The notes: generated from the sequence alone by a model not told the origin. A stretch of 64,000 bases of DNA from Deferrisomatales bacterium (GCA_033551855.1 JAWSUI010000014.1:14406-78405), one strand, 5' to 3'. Counted from the stretch's first letter, positions 1 to 10,071 are shown. Numbers and translations: made by a program.

Positions 1-132
1 GTGCCAGGTGCTGAACTTGATGTGCATCGTGGGCTCGGAGGCACCGGCACCGCCGGCAACGGTCAGGGCGACCGCCACGCCCGCCAGGAAGGTCACCCAT
101 CTACCCGCTCTGCTCTGCGTCCGGATCTTCAT
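1..132 (-). CDS. TRAP transporter substrate-binding protein (DctP-like), N-terminal part; runs off the window edge
   Basis: Not in the ORF track. ATG at 132 follows GGAGG. Translation MKIRTQSRAGRWVTFLAGVAVALTVAGGAGASEPTMHIKFSTWH is a signal peptide followed by a DctP-like 'IKFSTWH' start. Confidence 0.6.
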   Translation of the reverse strand, partial: MKIRTQSRAGRWVTFLAGVAVALTVAGGAGASEPTMHIKFSTWH

Positions 133-191
133 CGCCGTCCTCCGTCGTGTGTTGGGGTTGCTCAGCCGTGCCGAACGTCCACGAAATCCGG

Positions 192-740
192 CTACCACGT
201 GGGCGGTGCCACCACCCACACCACCTCGACCTCCTCATCACCCTCGTTGACCCAGCGGTGGGGCACCCGGCAGGAATAGTAGAAGCTTTCCTTGGGCCGA
301 ACTCGATAGGTATTCTCGCCCACGGTGATGGTGAGGGTACCGTGAAGCACCACTCCGAACTCCTCCCCCACGTGGCTGTAGGCATCGTGGGACCCGCCCC
401 CGGGGGCGACGACCGTGAAGAACGGCTGCATGAGCTTGCCCTCGGTCGACCCCACCAATTGCTGGATGCGGGCGTTCCAGTTGCTCAGGTAGACGTCGCG
501 CCGATCCTCCTCGCGGGTCACCACGGGCTCGGTGGTCTCCTTCTCACTGAAGAAGTCGACGATGTTCACGCCGAGGGCCTCGGCGATTCGCTTGAGGGTC
601 GCGATGGAGGGGGAGGTGTGGCCGTTCTCGATCTGCGAGAGGTGGGCACCGGTGCACCCGACCTGGTCCGCGAGCTGCTTCAGGGTCAGGCGGCGGCCTT
701 CCCGGAGGGTCCTGAGGCGGGGGCCGATGTTGTCCGGCAC
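192..740 (-). CDS. XRE-family HTH transcriptional regulator with C-terminal cupin domain
   Basis: N-terminal 'LTLKQLADQVGCTGAHLSQIENGHTSPSIATL' HTH; cupin motifs 'HVGEEFGVVLHG' and 'PHRWVN'. Confidence 0.93.
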   Translation of the reverse strand: MPDNIGPRLRTLREGRRLTLKQLADQVGCTGAHLSQIENGHTSPSIATLKRIAEALGVNIVDFFSEKETTEPVVTREEDRRDVYLSNWNARIQQLVGSTEGKLMQPFFTVVAPGGGSHDAYSHVGEEFGVVLHGTLTITVGENTYRVRPKESFYYSCRVPHRWVNEGDEEVEVVWVVAPPTW

Positions 741-767
741 GGGGCGACTCCGGAGCGAAAGTCCACA

Positions 768-813
768 TTAAAGTATGTTTAACGTATTTAACCCACACTT
801 ATTCGCGCGTCAA
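768..813 (-). promoter_or_regulatory. sigma70 promoter and AT-rich palindromic operator of the XRE-cupin gene
   Basis: Minus strand TTGACG-17-TAAATA (813-785), followed by the TTAAA-gtatg-TTTAA palindrome (768-782). Confidence 0.6.
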
Positions 814-982
814 GCCCGAAACAGACAGCCGCAAGCAGAACGACTGCGGCCGGCGGCCCCATTACCTGCACGGTCCAGGTCGGCCCCGAAGCCGCGGGGC
901 CGGTAACGGAGCCGCCGGTGTGAGTCTGCGGCACACGACACCACGCCGGGTGCCTCGCGCCCTCGCGGTCGACCTTCTGACG

Positions 983-1015
983 ACAGAAGGGCGACCCGCG
1001 GGGTCGCCCTTCTGT
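983..1015 (-). terminator. Hairpin downstream of the cytochrome c3 gene; probable terminator
   Basis: Perfect 15-bp stem ACAGAAGGGCGACCC / GGGTCGCCCTTCTGT with a 3-nt loop, ~20 nt after the stop codon. Confidence 0.7.
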
Positions 1016-1037
1016 GCTGTCGCCGTTGCGAAGGCGA

Positions 1038-1382
1038 TTACTTCTTGTGGCAGTCTCCACACCGGAGCTTCTGGGCGCCGTCGTCGAAGTGGCAGGAGCG
1101 GCAGGCACCGGTGGTCCGGGCATGCATGGCGTCCTGGGCCTTCGAGACGCCGTCCTTACCCTCCACCGTGTGACAGACGCCGCACTTGGGCTCGTCGAGA
1201 CCATTGTGGTGGCACTGCTCGCACTTCAAGTCCGCGTGCTTGGCGTGGTCGAAGGTCACGGGGTCCCGCTTGGCTCCTTCGGTAGCGATGGTGATCGGCT
1301 CCGTCGGGGCAGTCGCGGCGATGGTCAGGCCCACACCGGCGCAGATCAGCACAGCAGCGGCGACAAGGATCAACTTCTTCAT
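1038..1382 (-). CDS. Periplasmic tetraheme cytochrome c3-family protein
   Basis: ATG 1382 after GGAGG; Sec signal peptide; 'VTFDHAKH' motif; four CxxCH motifs (CEQCH, CGVCH, CRSCH, CGDCH). Confidence 0.92.
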   Translation of the reverse strand: MKKLILVAAAVLICAGVGLTIAATAPTEPITIATEGAKRDPVTFDHAKHADLKCEQCHHNGLDEPKCGVCHTVEGKDGVSKAQDAMHARTTGACRSCHFDDGAQKLRCGDCHKK

Positions 1383-1456
1383 GGCATTTCCTCCTCCCGT
1401 GATGGTGACGGCGCCTCTCCCAATGGAAGCGCCCCTGTACTCGCGGATCGCGGCCC

Positions 1457-1485
1457 TGTATAGCACCGCACCCCGGGGCGGTCAA
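1457..1485 (-). promoter_or_regulatory. sigma70 promoter for cytochrome c3
   Basis: TTGACC-17-TATACA with TG extension. Confidence 0.6.
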
Positions 1486-1581
1486 GCGGGCCCGGTCACC
1501 AGCGCGCTCGGACGCCAAATTCCACCGACTGCCCAGCGGGCGGGGCCCGCCCCGGCCGGCGAGTGGCCCTGATCCCCGCCC

Positions 1582-2856
1582 TCAGCACCTCTCGAGGGCC
1601 TTGCGCCCGATGTCGGTGCGGTAGTGGGCCCCCGGCCAGGAAATGGCACCCACGGCATCGTACGCCCGCCGGAGGGCCTGGTCCACCCCATCCCCCAGGG
1701 CCGTCACCCCCAGCACCCTCCCGCCGGCGGTCACGACCTTTCCGTCGCTCCTCCGGGTGCCCGCGTGAAACACCACGATGTCGGGATCCCGCCCCGCTTC
1801 CTCCAGGCCGCGGATCTCGACCCCCTTCGGATAGCTGCCGGGGTATCCCTGGGAGGCCATGACCACGCAGACGGCAGCCCGGTGGTCCCACTCCAACTCC
1901 ACGTGCTCGAGCCGGCCGTCGATGCAGGCTTCGAGAACCGGAACCAGGTCCCCTTTCATCCGCATCACGATGGGCTGGCACTCCGGGTCGCCGAAACGGC
2001 AGTTGAACTCGAGGACCTTGAGGCCCCCGTCCCGGATCATCAGGCCCGCGTACAACACCCCCACGTACGGCGTCCCTTCCGCGGCCATCCCCTCGACCAT
2101 CGGGCGGACGACGGTGTCCACCGCGGCCTGGAAGAGGTCCGGGCTCAAGACCGGTGCCGGGCTGTAGGCCCCCATCCCCCCCGTGTTCGGGCCCCGGTCG
2201 CCGTCGAAGACGGGCTTGTGGTCCTGGCTCGATGCCATGGGAAGCACGGTCTTGCCGTCGCAGTAGGCGAGGAAGCTCGCCTCCTCCCCCTCCAGGAACT
2301 CTTCCACCACCACGGTGCGCCCCGCCTCGCCGAAGGCGCGCTCCACCATCATGGACTCCACGCCTTCCAGGGCCTCCTCCACCGTGCGGGCGACGATCAC
2401 CCCCTTCCCCGCCGCGAGGCCGTCGGCCTTCACCACGAGGGGCGCGCCCTTCTCCCGGATGTAGGCCCTGGCCTCGCCGGGTTCGGTGAACTCCCGGTAC
2501 TCCCCCGTGGGAACCCCGAACCGGGCCATCTTGGCCTTGGCGAACGCCTTGGAGCCCTCGAGGCGAGCTGCAGCCCGGCTGGGCCCGAACACCCGCAGCC
2601 CTCGCTCTCGGAACCGATCCGTCAGCCCCAGGACCAGGGGCCCTTCGGGGCCCACGACCGTCAAGCCGATCCCCTCGGCCTCGGCGAACGCGGCGAGCCC
2701 CTCTACGTTCTCCGCGTCGAGGGCGACGTTGTGGGCCAGCCCCTCTGTGCCCGCGTTTCCCGGGGCGGCATAGACTCGGGAGACCTTGGGACTCTGGGCG
2801 ATCTTCCACACCAGGGCGTGCTCGCGCCCCCCGCCGCCCACCACCAGGACCTTCAT
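1582..2856 (-). CDS. purD: Phosphoribosylamine--glycine ligase
   Basis: [15 protein letters not shown] start; '[12 protein letters not shown]' and '[10 protein letters not shown]' motifs. Confidence 0.97.
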   Translation of the reverse strand: MKVLVVGGGGREHALVWKIAQSPKVSRVYAAPGNAGTEGLAHNVALDAENVEGLAAFAEAEGIGLTVVGPEGPLVLGLTDRFRERGLRVFGPSRAAARLEGSKAFAKAKMARFGVPTGEYREFTEPGEARAYIREKGAPLVVKADGLAAGKGVIVARTVEEALEGVESMMVERAFGEAGRTVVVEEFLEGEEASFLAYCDGKTVLPMASSQDHKPVFDGDRGPNTGGMGAYSPAPVLSPDLFQAAVDTVVRPMVEGMAAEGTPYVGVLYAGLMIRDGGLKVLEFNCRFGDPECQPIVMRMKGDLVPVLEACIDGRLEHVELEWDHRAAVCVVMASQGYPGSYPKGVEIRGLEEAGRDPDIVVFHAGTRRSDGKVVTAGGRVLGVTALGDGVDQALRRAYDAVGAISWPGAHYRTDIGRKALERC

Positions 2857-3449
2857 GCCCCTCTCCCCTCCAGCCACCCACTGATCGCTGCGTCGTAACG
2901 GGCCGTGCGCCCGAAGGCCTTCGCCGCGAGCTCGAAGCGCAGCTCCGGGCTCGTTTCGCCCCCGAGTCGGTCCAGCTCGTCCAGGACCCGGGGGTAGTCC
3001 GCCGGATCGACCACCACCGTCACGTGCCGGTGGTTCTTGGCCGACGCCCGGATCATGCACGGGCCTCCGATATCGATCTGCTCCACCGCCTCCTCGAGGG
3101 AGCAACCCTCCCGGGAGACCGTCTGTTCGAAGGGATACAGGTTCACGGCGACGAGGTCGATCGGCTCGATGCCGTGGGCCTTCATCTGGGCAGCGTGCTC
3201 CGGTCGGTCCCGCAGACCCAGGATCCCTCCGTGGATCTTCGGGTGCAGCGTCTTGACCCGTCCGTCCAGCATTTCCGGGAAACCGGTGTAGGCGCTCACT
3301 TCGGTGACCGCCACCCCCGCCTCTCGAAGCATCCGGGCCGTACCCCCGGTGGACAGGAGCTCCACACCCCTTCGGGCGAGCCCGGCGGCGAACTCCACTA
3401 CCCCCTCCTTGTCCGAGACGCTCACGATCGCCCTGCCCACTCTCGCCAT
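2853..3449 (-). CDS. purH: IMP cyclohydrolase (PurH N-terminal MGS-like domain only; no AICAR transformylase domain)
   Basis: 'SVSDK', 'STGGT', 'GRVKTLHP', 'VNLYPF', 'IDIGGP' motifs. Ends at 198 aa; stop overlaps the purD start (ATGA). Confidence 0.9.
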   Translation of the reverse strand: MARVGRAIVSVSDKEGVVEFAAGLARRGVELLSTGGTARMLREAGVAVTEVSAYTGFPEMLDGRVKTLHPKIHGGILGLRDRPEHAAQMKAHGIEPIDLVAVNLYPFEQTVSREGCSLEEAVEQIDIGGPCMIRASAKNHRHVTVVVDPADYPRVLDELDRLGGETSPELRFELAAKAFGRTARYDAAISGWLEGRGA

Positions 3450-3490
3450 CAGCCGTCCTCCCGCGTCGCGCTTCGGTCCGCCGCCCGCCC

Positions 3491-5206
3491 CTACCGTGCC
3501 GCACTCGCCGCCGGCGAGAGCAGGTACTTGATATCGTCGTCCAGGAACCGGATCCCGCCCCCCACGAAGTAGTCCGCCCGGCCCTTGTTGTCGATGAAGT
3601 CGTCCAGGCCCGCCGTGACGAAGAGATGCTTCAGGACCGTCCAGCGGGCGGCAAGCTTGAGGTGCGGCGGGCCCTCGTCCCTCGCGAAGTCGAAGGCCTC
3701 GAAGGTCAGGCGGAGCCGGTCCGAGAGCAGATCCAGGTCGGCCCCCACCCCCCCGGACGACTCCAGGATCCCGCCCCGCACCGTGAGGAGAGAGAAGCGC
3801 TTGCCCACCTGGGCCGAGAACTTGAACCGATCCCGGGTCACCGTCTCTTCCTCCCGCACCGTGCGGGTACCACCCTCGTCCGAGATCACGCGCTCGGTGA
3901 CCTTGGTTTCCTCGTCCCCCCGGGGGTCGTCCACCAGGCCCACGTAATAGAAGCGGTCCGGGCGCGGCCGAATCTCGAGCCCGAAGGTGTGCTTGCCCTC
4001 CCCGAGCTTCGCGAGATACTCCCCGCTGTACCCGAGCTCGAACTGGAAGCGGTTCGTGCCGGCCACGAAGTCGGTGATCCCCTCCAGCGTCTGATTCAGG
4101 TTGTGGTGGACGCTCTCCTCGTTGACGAGCCTTCCCAGGGTCCCCTCGCCCCGGTCGATCTTGTCCGCGATGCTGCGCAGGCTCCCCAGGCTCTCGGAGA
4201 GCTCGGAGTAGGCCGTGTCGTCCGTCAGCAACTTCCCCAGGGTCCCTTCCCCCCGCTCGAGACGGCCCAGCACGTCGCGCACGTCCCCCAGCGCGGCGTC
4301 CAGGTCCCGGTGGAGGGAGTCGTCGTGGATGAGCTTGCCGAGGGTACCTTCGGCACGGTTCAGGGAGCCCAGGGTCTGCGCGAGCTCGGCAGACGCCACG
4401 CGGAGATTCGCCACGCCGACCTGGAAATCCTCCCGGCTCTCGGACACCACCAAGGCCAGGTCCCCGGTGAGGGCCTCGAGATTTCTGGCGATTCCGGGGG
4501 TGTGCTCCGCCAGGGTCTCGGTGAGGTCCCGCACGCGCTCGAGGCTCTCGTCGATGTTCGCCCGGTTGCGAGCCACCAGGTCACGGAGGTCCCCGGACAG
4601 AGCGGCCACGGTGTCCAACGACGCCTTGAGCGCCTCCCGGTTCTCCGCCACCACCTCCCTCAGGGAGACAGCGGTGTCACGCAGGCCCTCCAAGAGGTCG
4701 CGGAAGCTGTCCTCCCCTTCCTGGGTCCCGAGCACGTTGGCCAGGCGCCCCGTCACCCGCTGGATGTCGGCGGCCGCCTCGTTGAGGTTGGTGACGAGGC
4801 GGTCCAGATCCCCCGGGGGCGGGCCGGCCGGCAGAACCGATCCCTCCTCGAGCGCTTGCCGGCTCGTGCCGGGTTGGATCTCCACGTATTTCTCTCCGAG
4901 AACTCCCTGGGTCCGCACGTTGCCGGTGCTGTCGATCGGAAGCTCGACATCCCCTCGAAGCCGCAGCACCACCAAGGCTCGTCCGTTCCGCAGCCGGATC
5001 TCCTCGACCCGGCCCACGGGAATGCCCGCCACCAGGACTTCCCCATCCTTGGAGAGCCCGACGGCGTTGTCGAGCTCCAGGGACACCGTGTAGCCGCCTC
5101 CCGGGCCGAAGCCGATCTTTCCCACCTTGAAGGACATGTACACGAGCAGGAGCAGGCCCGCGAGAACCAACAGCCCCACCTTCGCTTCGGGTGACATGCG
5201 CTTCAC
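3491..5206 (-). CDS. mlaD: Elongated MCE/MlaD-family protein (TM, MCE domain, long helical region, beta-strand-rich C-terminus)
   Basis: 'EAKVGLLVL' N-terminus; MCE motifs 'AGIPVGRV' and '[10 protein letters not shown]'; repeated GEGTLG(K/R)L; downstream of mlaEF. Confidence 0.9.
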   Translation of the reverse strand: MKRMSPEAKVGLLVLAGLLLLVYMSFKVGKIGFGPGGGYTVSLELDNAVGLSKDGEVLVAGIPVGRVEEIRLRNGRALVVLRLRGDVELPIDSTGNVRTQGVLGEKYVEIQPGTSRQALEEGSVLPAGPPPGDLDRLVTNLNEAAADIQRVTGRLANVLGTQEGEDSFRDLLEGLRDTAVSLREVVAENREALKASLDTVAALSGDLRDLVARNRANIDESLERVRDLTETLAEHTPGIARNLEALTGDLALVVSESREDFQVGVANLRVASAELAQTLGSLNRAEGTLGKLIHDDSLHRDLDAALGDVRDVLGRLERGEGTLGKLLTDDTAYSELSESLGSLRSIADKIDRGEGTLGRLVNEESVHHNLNQTLEGITDFVAGTNRFQFELGYSGEYLAKLGEGKHTFGLEIRPRPDRFYYVGLVDDPRGDEETKVTERVISDEGGTRTVREEETVTRDRFKFSAQVGKRFSLLTVRGGILESSGGVGADLDLLSDRLRLTFEAFDFARDEGPPHLKLAARWTVLKHLFVTAGLDDFIDNKGRADYFVGGGIRFLDDDIKYLLSPAASAAR

Positions 5207-5214
5207 GGCAGTCC

Positions 5215-5973
5215 TTACTGGATCCGGATGGGACCCTCGGAGCTCCCTTGCAGGAACTGCACCAGGTAGGGATTCCGGTTCGAGCGGATCTCGTCGGGGG
5301 TTCCGTGGGCGATGATCCGCCCCTCATAGAGCATCGCAATGTAGTGGGCGATCTGGAAGGTGGCGCGGATGTCGTGGCTGATCACCACGTACGTCCGCCC
5401 CGACTCTCGCTGGGTCTCCCGGATGAGATGGTCGATGGCATCGGCCATGATGGGGTCCAGCCCCGACGTAGGCTCGTCGAAGAGCACGATCTCGGGGTCC
5501 CGGATCAGAGCCCGGGCCAGCCCCACGCGTTTGCGCATCCCTCCCGAGAGCTCCGACGGCATCTTCTCCTCGATGCCGGGAAGCCCCACCACCCGCAGCA
5601 TCTCCGCCACTCGAGCGCGGATCTCCTCCTCACCCAGCTTCGTGTGCTCCACCAAGGGGAACGCCACGTTGTCGCCCACGTTCATGGAGTCGAACAGGGC
5701 ACCTTCCTGGAAGAGCATCCCGAAGCGCTTCCGCACCCGGTTGCTCTCGCGCCTGCCGAGGCTGACGACATTCTCGCCATCGATCAGGAGCTGGCCGCGG
5801 TCGGGCCGGATCAGGCCGACGATGTGCTTGATGGTGACGCTCTTTCCACCCCCGCTCCGCCCGATGATCACCGTGATCCGCCCCCGGGGGATCTTCAGGT
5901 TGAGCCCGTCCAGAACCTTCTCGTTCCCGAAAGACTTGTGCACGTCCACGAACTCTACGATGGCCGGTTCCAT
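5215..5973 (-). CDS. mlaF: ABC transporter ATP-binding protein, MlaF/Mkl family
   Basis: Walker A GRSGGGKS; 'LFQEGALFDS'; 'LSGGMRKRVGLARA'; 'DEPTSGLDP'. Confidence 0.95.
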   Translation of the reverse strand: MEPAIVEFVDVHKSFGNEKVLDGLNLKIPRGRITVIIGRSGGGKSVTIKHIVGLIRPDRGQLLIDGENVVSLGRRESNRVRKRFGMLFQEGALFDSMNVGDNVAFPLVEHTKLGEEEIRARVAEMLRVVGLPGIEEKMPSELSGGMRKRVGLARALIRDPEIVLFDEPTSGLDPIMADAIDHLIRETQRESGRTYVVISHDIRATFQIAHYIAMLYEGRIIAHGTPDEIRSNRNPYLVQFLQGSSEGPIRIQ

Positions 5974-6743
5974 CAGAACATGATCGCCGTCAGGAAGTAA
6001 TCGTTCACCAAGATCAGCACCGACGAGAGCACCACGGCCTCGGTGGTGGCCCGCCCCACCCCCTGGGCGCCCCCCCGCGCATTGTATCCCTTGTAACATC
6101 CGATAGCCGCCAGGATCAGCCCAAAACAAGCGGCCTTCACCAGCCCGTTGTAGATGTCCGAGAGCTCCACGTACTTCACGGTGTTGGCGATGTAGATCCC
6201 GGAGTTGATGCCCAACAGGTTGACCCCGACAAAGTACCCACCCAGAACGCCGACGAAGTCGCTGATCACCGTGAGCACCGGGAGCATCAGGAACGCGGCC
6301 AGGATCCTCGGGACGACCAGGTAACGCACGGGGTCCACCGCCATTACGAAGAGCCCGTCGATCTGCTCCGTGACACGCATGGTCCCGAGCTCCGCCGCCA
6401 TGGCCGAGCCGGCCCGCGCCGTGACCATGAGCCCGGTGAGAACCGGCCCGAGCTCCCGGGCCATGGACAGCGCCACGGTGGTGCCCACCAGCCCTTCCGC
6501 CCCGAACTTCCGGAACCCGTAGTAACTCTGGAGGGCCAGCACCATGCCCGTGAAGGTGCCGGTAAGGATCACGACCGAGAGCGAGTGGACCCCCACGAAC
6601 TCCATCTGCCGGAAGAGGAGTCGCCACCGGACGGGTGGGGTGAAGCACGCGACGACGGTTTCGAAGAGGAACAGGAAGACCCGCCCGACCTCCTCGATCC
6701 GCACGATCACGACTCGGCCGAAGAGCTCGAGAAGTGCGATCAT
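5973..6743 (-). CDS. mlaE: ABC transporter permease MlaE
   Basis: 'RELGPVLTGLMVTARAGSAMAAELGTMRVTEQID' signature; 'GVGRATT'. Confidence 0.95.
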   Translation of the reverse strand: MIALLELFGRVVIVRIEEVGRVFLFLFETVVACFTPPVRWRLLFRQMEFVGVHSLSVVILTGTFTGMVLALQSYYGFRKFGAEGLVGTTVALSMARELGPVLTGLMVTARAGSAMAAELGTMRVTEQIDGLFVMAVDPVRYLVVPRILAAFLMLPVLTVISDFVGVLGGYFVGVNLLGINSGIYIANTVKYVELSDIYNGLVKAACFGLILAAIGCYKGYNARGGAQGVGRATTEAVVLSSVLILVNDYFLTAIMF

Positions 6744-6875
6744 TCCTTCCCTGCCGGCGAGCCGGCGCGGTGACGGTGCGCAGCGCAGTCGGGCGGTCCT
6801 CCGGGGCGAACGCCGCTCCCCGTCCAATCCGGCGCGACCGGCGTCCACAGAGAACCGTAGGGTTCGCGCGGGTCG

Positions 6876-6905
6876 ATCATAGTCAAGCCCTACGGGAGGA
6901 TTCAA
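6876..6905 (-). promoter_or_regulatory. Candidate sigma70 promoter for mlaEFD-purH-purD
   Basis: TTGAAT-18-TATGAT on the minus strand. Confidence 0.45.
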
Positions 6906-7252
6906 GGCGAAACCGCCCACCGGCCTGCCCCATCAACGCCGCACCCCCGACCGCCGGGACGCCGGCGGACCTGGCGTCACCGACTCCTTTCGGCTCCACC
7001 TTGGCGTGTCTCGGCCCTGGCGGCGCGACCGAGAATGGAGCTCACCCGGGCGGGAACCGAGTCCTCGGGCACCGGGATGACCGGGTGGACCCGACCGGAT
7101 CGGCGGACGCCCGGGGAATACCCGTCCGGCCGCGGGAGGCCCTGCGGCAGGCGACCGCGCTTCCCCCTTGCGGCCCCACATCGCAGATCGCAGTGGGCAG
7201 GGCCACTCGGCCGCAGAGAGAACAAGGGGAAGAACGGCACCGGAAGCGGTGC

Positions 7253-8494
7253 TCAGCGTTCCTCGCGCACGATCCCGCGCAGGCGGTCCTTGATCTGGCG
7301 GAACTCCCCCACCTCGATCGGGATGGCCACCTTCAGGAGCAGCGTGTAGATCATCAGGCCGACAGCCCAGATCCCCAAGGTGATCAGGACCTCCGGGGTC
7401 GTGGGCCAGTAAGTCCAGATCTCCCCCAGGGGAGACGGCACGAAGCCCGGGATGATGAGGCCCGGCCCCTTCTCGATCCACACGCCGATGAAGGTCAGGA
7501 CGCAGGCGATGTTCAGTGTGACGAAGTTCTCCCGGGTCTTCGGGATTAGGAACAGGAAGAAGGCGGTCACGTTGAATACGATCGCCGTCCAGATGATGGG
7601 CACCAGCTCGTTGTGGCCGTGCAGCCCTTGGAACAGGTACTGCATCGGGGCGAGATGCACCGTCCCGCCGTAGTACTCCTTGAAGAGCTCCGCGATCAGG
7701 AGGAAGAGGTTGATCCCCATGGCGTACGCCACGATCTCGCCCAACTTGAAGATGGCACGATCCTGAATCCGGATGGCGGAGTTCCTCCGGATGATCTGGA
7801 AGGCTAGAATGATGAAACTCGGTCCGGAACAAAATGCCGAGGCCAGGAAGCGGGGCGCCAGGATCGACACGTTCCAGAAGGGACGACTCGGGAAGCCATT
7901 GTAGAGAAAAGCAGTGACCGTGTGGATGGAAACGGCCGCCGGGATGGAAAGGATAATGAGCGGCCACAGTATCTTGTAGTTCGGCTCACGGTCCTGGTAG
8001 GCATTGTAGAGGATGTAGACAGGAACAATAAGGTTGATGGCGAGGTAGAGATTCAAGACCACGACGTCCCAGGCCAGCATCGAAATGGGAAAGTTCAGAA
8101 TGCCCCAGCCCGGGATCAAGTGCCAGAAGCGGTCCGGGCGGCCCAGGTCGAAGGTGACGAACATGAGGCACATGCTGATGGCGGCCACCGCCAGGAGCTC
8201 GCCGAGGAGCACGATCTCCTTGATCGGGCCCCACTTGTAGATGTAGGCCGGAATCACGAGGAGGACCGCGGCCGCAGCCACACCCACCAGGAAGGTGAAG
8301 TTCGCGATATAGAGCCCCCAGCTGACGGGGTCCCGCATGCCGGTGACGATCAGCCCTCGGTCGAGCTGGTACATCCAGGCGCCGACCCCGATCAGGGCCA
8401 CCAGCGCCAGAAAACCCATCCAGAGGAAATACTTCCTGCCGCCCCGGAACACCAGAAGCAAGGTCCCGACGAAGAACTCCATCAGAGTGTTCAT
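7253..8494 (-). CDS. NrfD/PsrC/DsrP-family integral membrane quinone-interacting subunit
   Basis: MNTLMEFF start; 'WGLYIANFTFLVGVAAAAV', 'DLGRPDRFWH', 'IHTVTAFL' motifs; about 10 hydrophobic segments. Confidence 0.9.
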   Translation of the reverse strand: MNTLMEFFVGTLLLVFRGGRKYFLWMGFLALVALIGVGAWMYQLDRGLIVTGMRDPVSWGLYIANFTFLVGVAAAAVLLVIPAYIYKWGPIKEIVLLGELLAVAAISMCLMFVTFDLGRPDRFWHLIPGWGILNFPISMLAWDVVVLNLYLAINLIVPVYILYNAYQDREPNYKILWPLIILSIPAAVSIHTVTAFLYNGFPSRPFWNVSILAPRFLASAFCSGPSFIILAFQIIRRNSAIRIQDRAIFKLGEIVAYAMGINLFLLIAELFKEYYGGTVHLAPMQYLFQGLHGHNELVPIIWTAIVFNVTAFFLFLIPKTRENFVTLNIACVLTFIGVWIEKGPGLIIPGFVPSPLGEIWTYWPTTPEVLITLGIWAVGLMIYTLLLKVAIPIEVGEFRQIKDRLRGIVREER

Positions 8495-8505
8495 TGCATC
8501 CGCCT

Positions 8506-9453
8506 CTAACCGAAGAAGTAGAAGAACTTGGGTTCCGTGAGAAGGTCTTCCTTGATCCGGAACACTCGCTTGTTCTCCAGGATGTAGCGGATCTCGGACT
8601 TCGGATCGAGGAGGTTCCCGAACTTGCGGGCCCCCACCGGGCAGGCCTCGACGCACGCCGGGTAGCGCCCCTCCCGGCTGCGGTGGATGCAGAAGGTGCA
8701 CTTCTCCACCACCCCCCGCATGCGCGGACGGTTGCCCAGGTAGTGGGTGTCGGGGTTCAGCTCCCCAGGGGAGAGGATCGGGTCCATCCAGTTGAAGTTG
8801 CGCCCCTCGTAAGGGCAGGCCGCGACGCAGTATCGGCAGCCGATGCACCAGTTGTAGTCGACGACCACGATGCCGTCGGGTTCGGTCCACGTAGCCTTCA
8901 CCGGGCAAGCCTTCACGCAGGGGGCCCGTCGGCACTGCTGGCACTGGACCGGCATGTAGTAGTATCCGTCCTCGGGAACGGCCTCCGGGTCGTAGTACCG
9001 CTCGGACCGCTCGAAGTCCATCACGCCGTCCTCGAAGCGCAACACTCTGATGTAGTGGATCTGCTCGCCTTGTTGGGGAAGGTTGTTCTCGCGGACGCAC
9101 CCGTACACGCACCGGCGGCACCCGACGCAGAGGTTCAGGTCGAGGCCATACGCGAAGCCGACATTGTCCCGGGCGGGCGTGCCCTTCACCGTTACCGGCC
9201 GGCCATACTGGTCGCTATACTGTTCCTCCAGTCGCCTCAGGACCTCCTGTTTCTCGTCGTCGGTCATGACGAGATAGTTCTTCTGGAAGTACTCCGACCA
9301 GGAGGAGTACCCCAGAAACCCCCTCCTGCTCTGAGCCAGAGCCTTCCCCGGAAGGGTCGCCGCGACCGCCCCCGCCGCCAGGCCCCGCAGAAACTTCCGC
9401 CGGCTCGCCCGCCGGGGCTCCAGCGTCTTCACCCGTCTCTTCTGCTCAGACAT
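8506..9453 (-). CDS. Tat-exported 4Fe-4S dicluster protein (NrfC/DsrO/QrcC-like)
   Basis: 'SRRKFL' Tat motif; CVGCRRCVYGC, CQQC..PCVKACP, CIGCRYCVAACP, 'VEKCTFC..PACVEACP'. Confidence 0.92.
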   Translation of the reverse strand: MSEQKRRVKTLEPRRASRRKFLRGLAAGAVAATLPGKALAQSRRGFLGYSSWSEYFQKNYLVMTDDEKQEVLRRLEEQYSDQYGRPVTVKGTPARDNVGFAYGLDLNLCVGCRRCVYGCVRENNLPQQGEQIHYIRVLRFEDGVMDFERSERYYDPEAVPEDGYYYMPVQCQQCRRAPCVKACPVKATWTEPDGIVVVDYNWCIGCRYCVAACPYEGRNFNWMDPILSPGELNPDTHYLGNRPRMRGVVEKCTFCIHRSREGRYPACVEACPVGARKFGNLLDPKSEIRYILENKRVFRIKEDLLTEPKFFYFFG

Positions 9454-9504
9454 CGATCGTCTCTCCTCGCGTCGGCCCTCGGGCCCATCCTCGCGGGCGT
9501 CGTC

Positions 9505-10071
9505 TCATTGGGGTGTCGGGGCTTTGGCTCCCCGACGGGACGGCAGCGTCCTGGACCCGGGGACCTGGGGAGGCGGCTCCGGCTGCCGGTCGGCGGTGGC
9601 GGTCCAGTTCGTGGGGTCTGCGCGGAGCACGTAACGGGGATCGTGGGGATCGTGGCAGTGGGCGCACAGGAGATATTCCTTCCGCCCGTCCCAAAACCCG
9701 CTGCGCTTGCCGTGGATGCCCGCCCGCCAGTCCCGGTACTTGTCGCCGTGGCACTGGCCGCAGAGCCGGTAGGACTCGGCAAAGTCGAGCTTCTCCCCGC
9801 TCTGCAGGTGGAGCTTGTCCCGGTTTTCCGCATCGTGGCAGTCGAGGCACCACCGGAACTGCTCGGCGTGGTGGAGCTCAACCTCACCGTGCTCGTCCTG
9901 GAGCTCCCGAGGGGTGGGATCGGTGGGGATATCCGCGTGGCACTGCATGCAGGGGTAATAGTCCTCGCTCAGCGGGGGAGGCGGCACCGGAAACTCCTGG
10001 GCTCCCTGGGCGTGCGGCTGCCACGCGAGCAAACACACGGGAACGACGGCGAGAACCCAGGCTCGTCTCAT
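9505..10071 (-). CDS. Periplasmic tetraheme c-type cytochrome
   Basis: Signal peptide; CMQCH, CLDCH, CGQCH, CAHCH. Confidence 0.88.
   Translation of the reverse strand: MRRAWVLAVVPVCLLAWQPHAQGAQEFPVPPPPLSEDYYPCMQCHADIPTDPTPRELQDEHGEVELHHAEQFRWCLDCHDAENRDKLHLQSGEKLDFAESYRLCGQCHGDKYRDWRAGIHGKRSGFWDGRKEYLLCAHCHDPHDPRYVLRADPTNWTATADRQPEPPPQVPGSRTLPSRRGAKAPTPQ

Noticed and set aside
1582..3504. 640-aa ORF suggesting a PurH-PurD fusion
   Set aside because: The extension is in a different frame from the real purH domain and is Arg/Gly-rich noise; purD has its own ATG and RBS at 2856.
9446..9853. Alternate-frame ORF overlapping the FeS start, suggesting a frameshifted cytochrome C-terminus
   Set aside because: The cytochrome frame already holds all four heme motifs and ends plausibly; the FeS gene has its own RBS.
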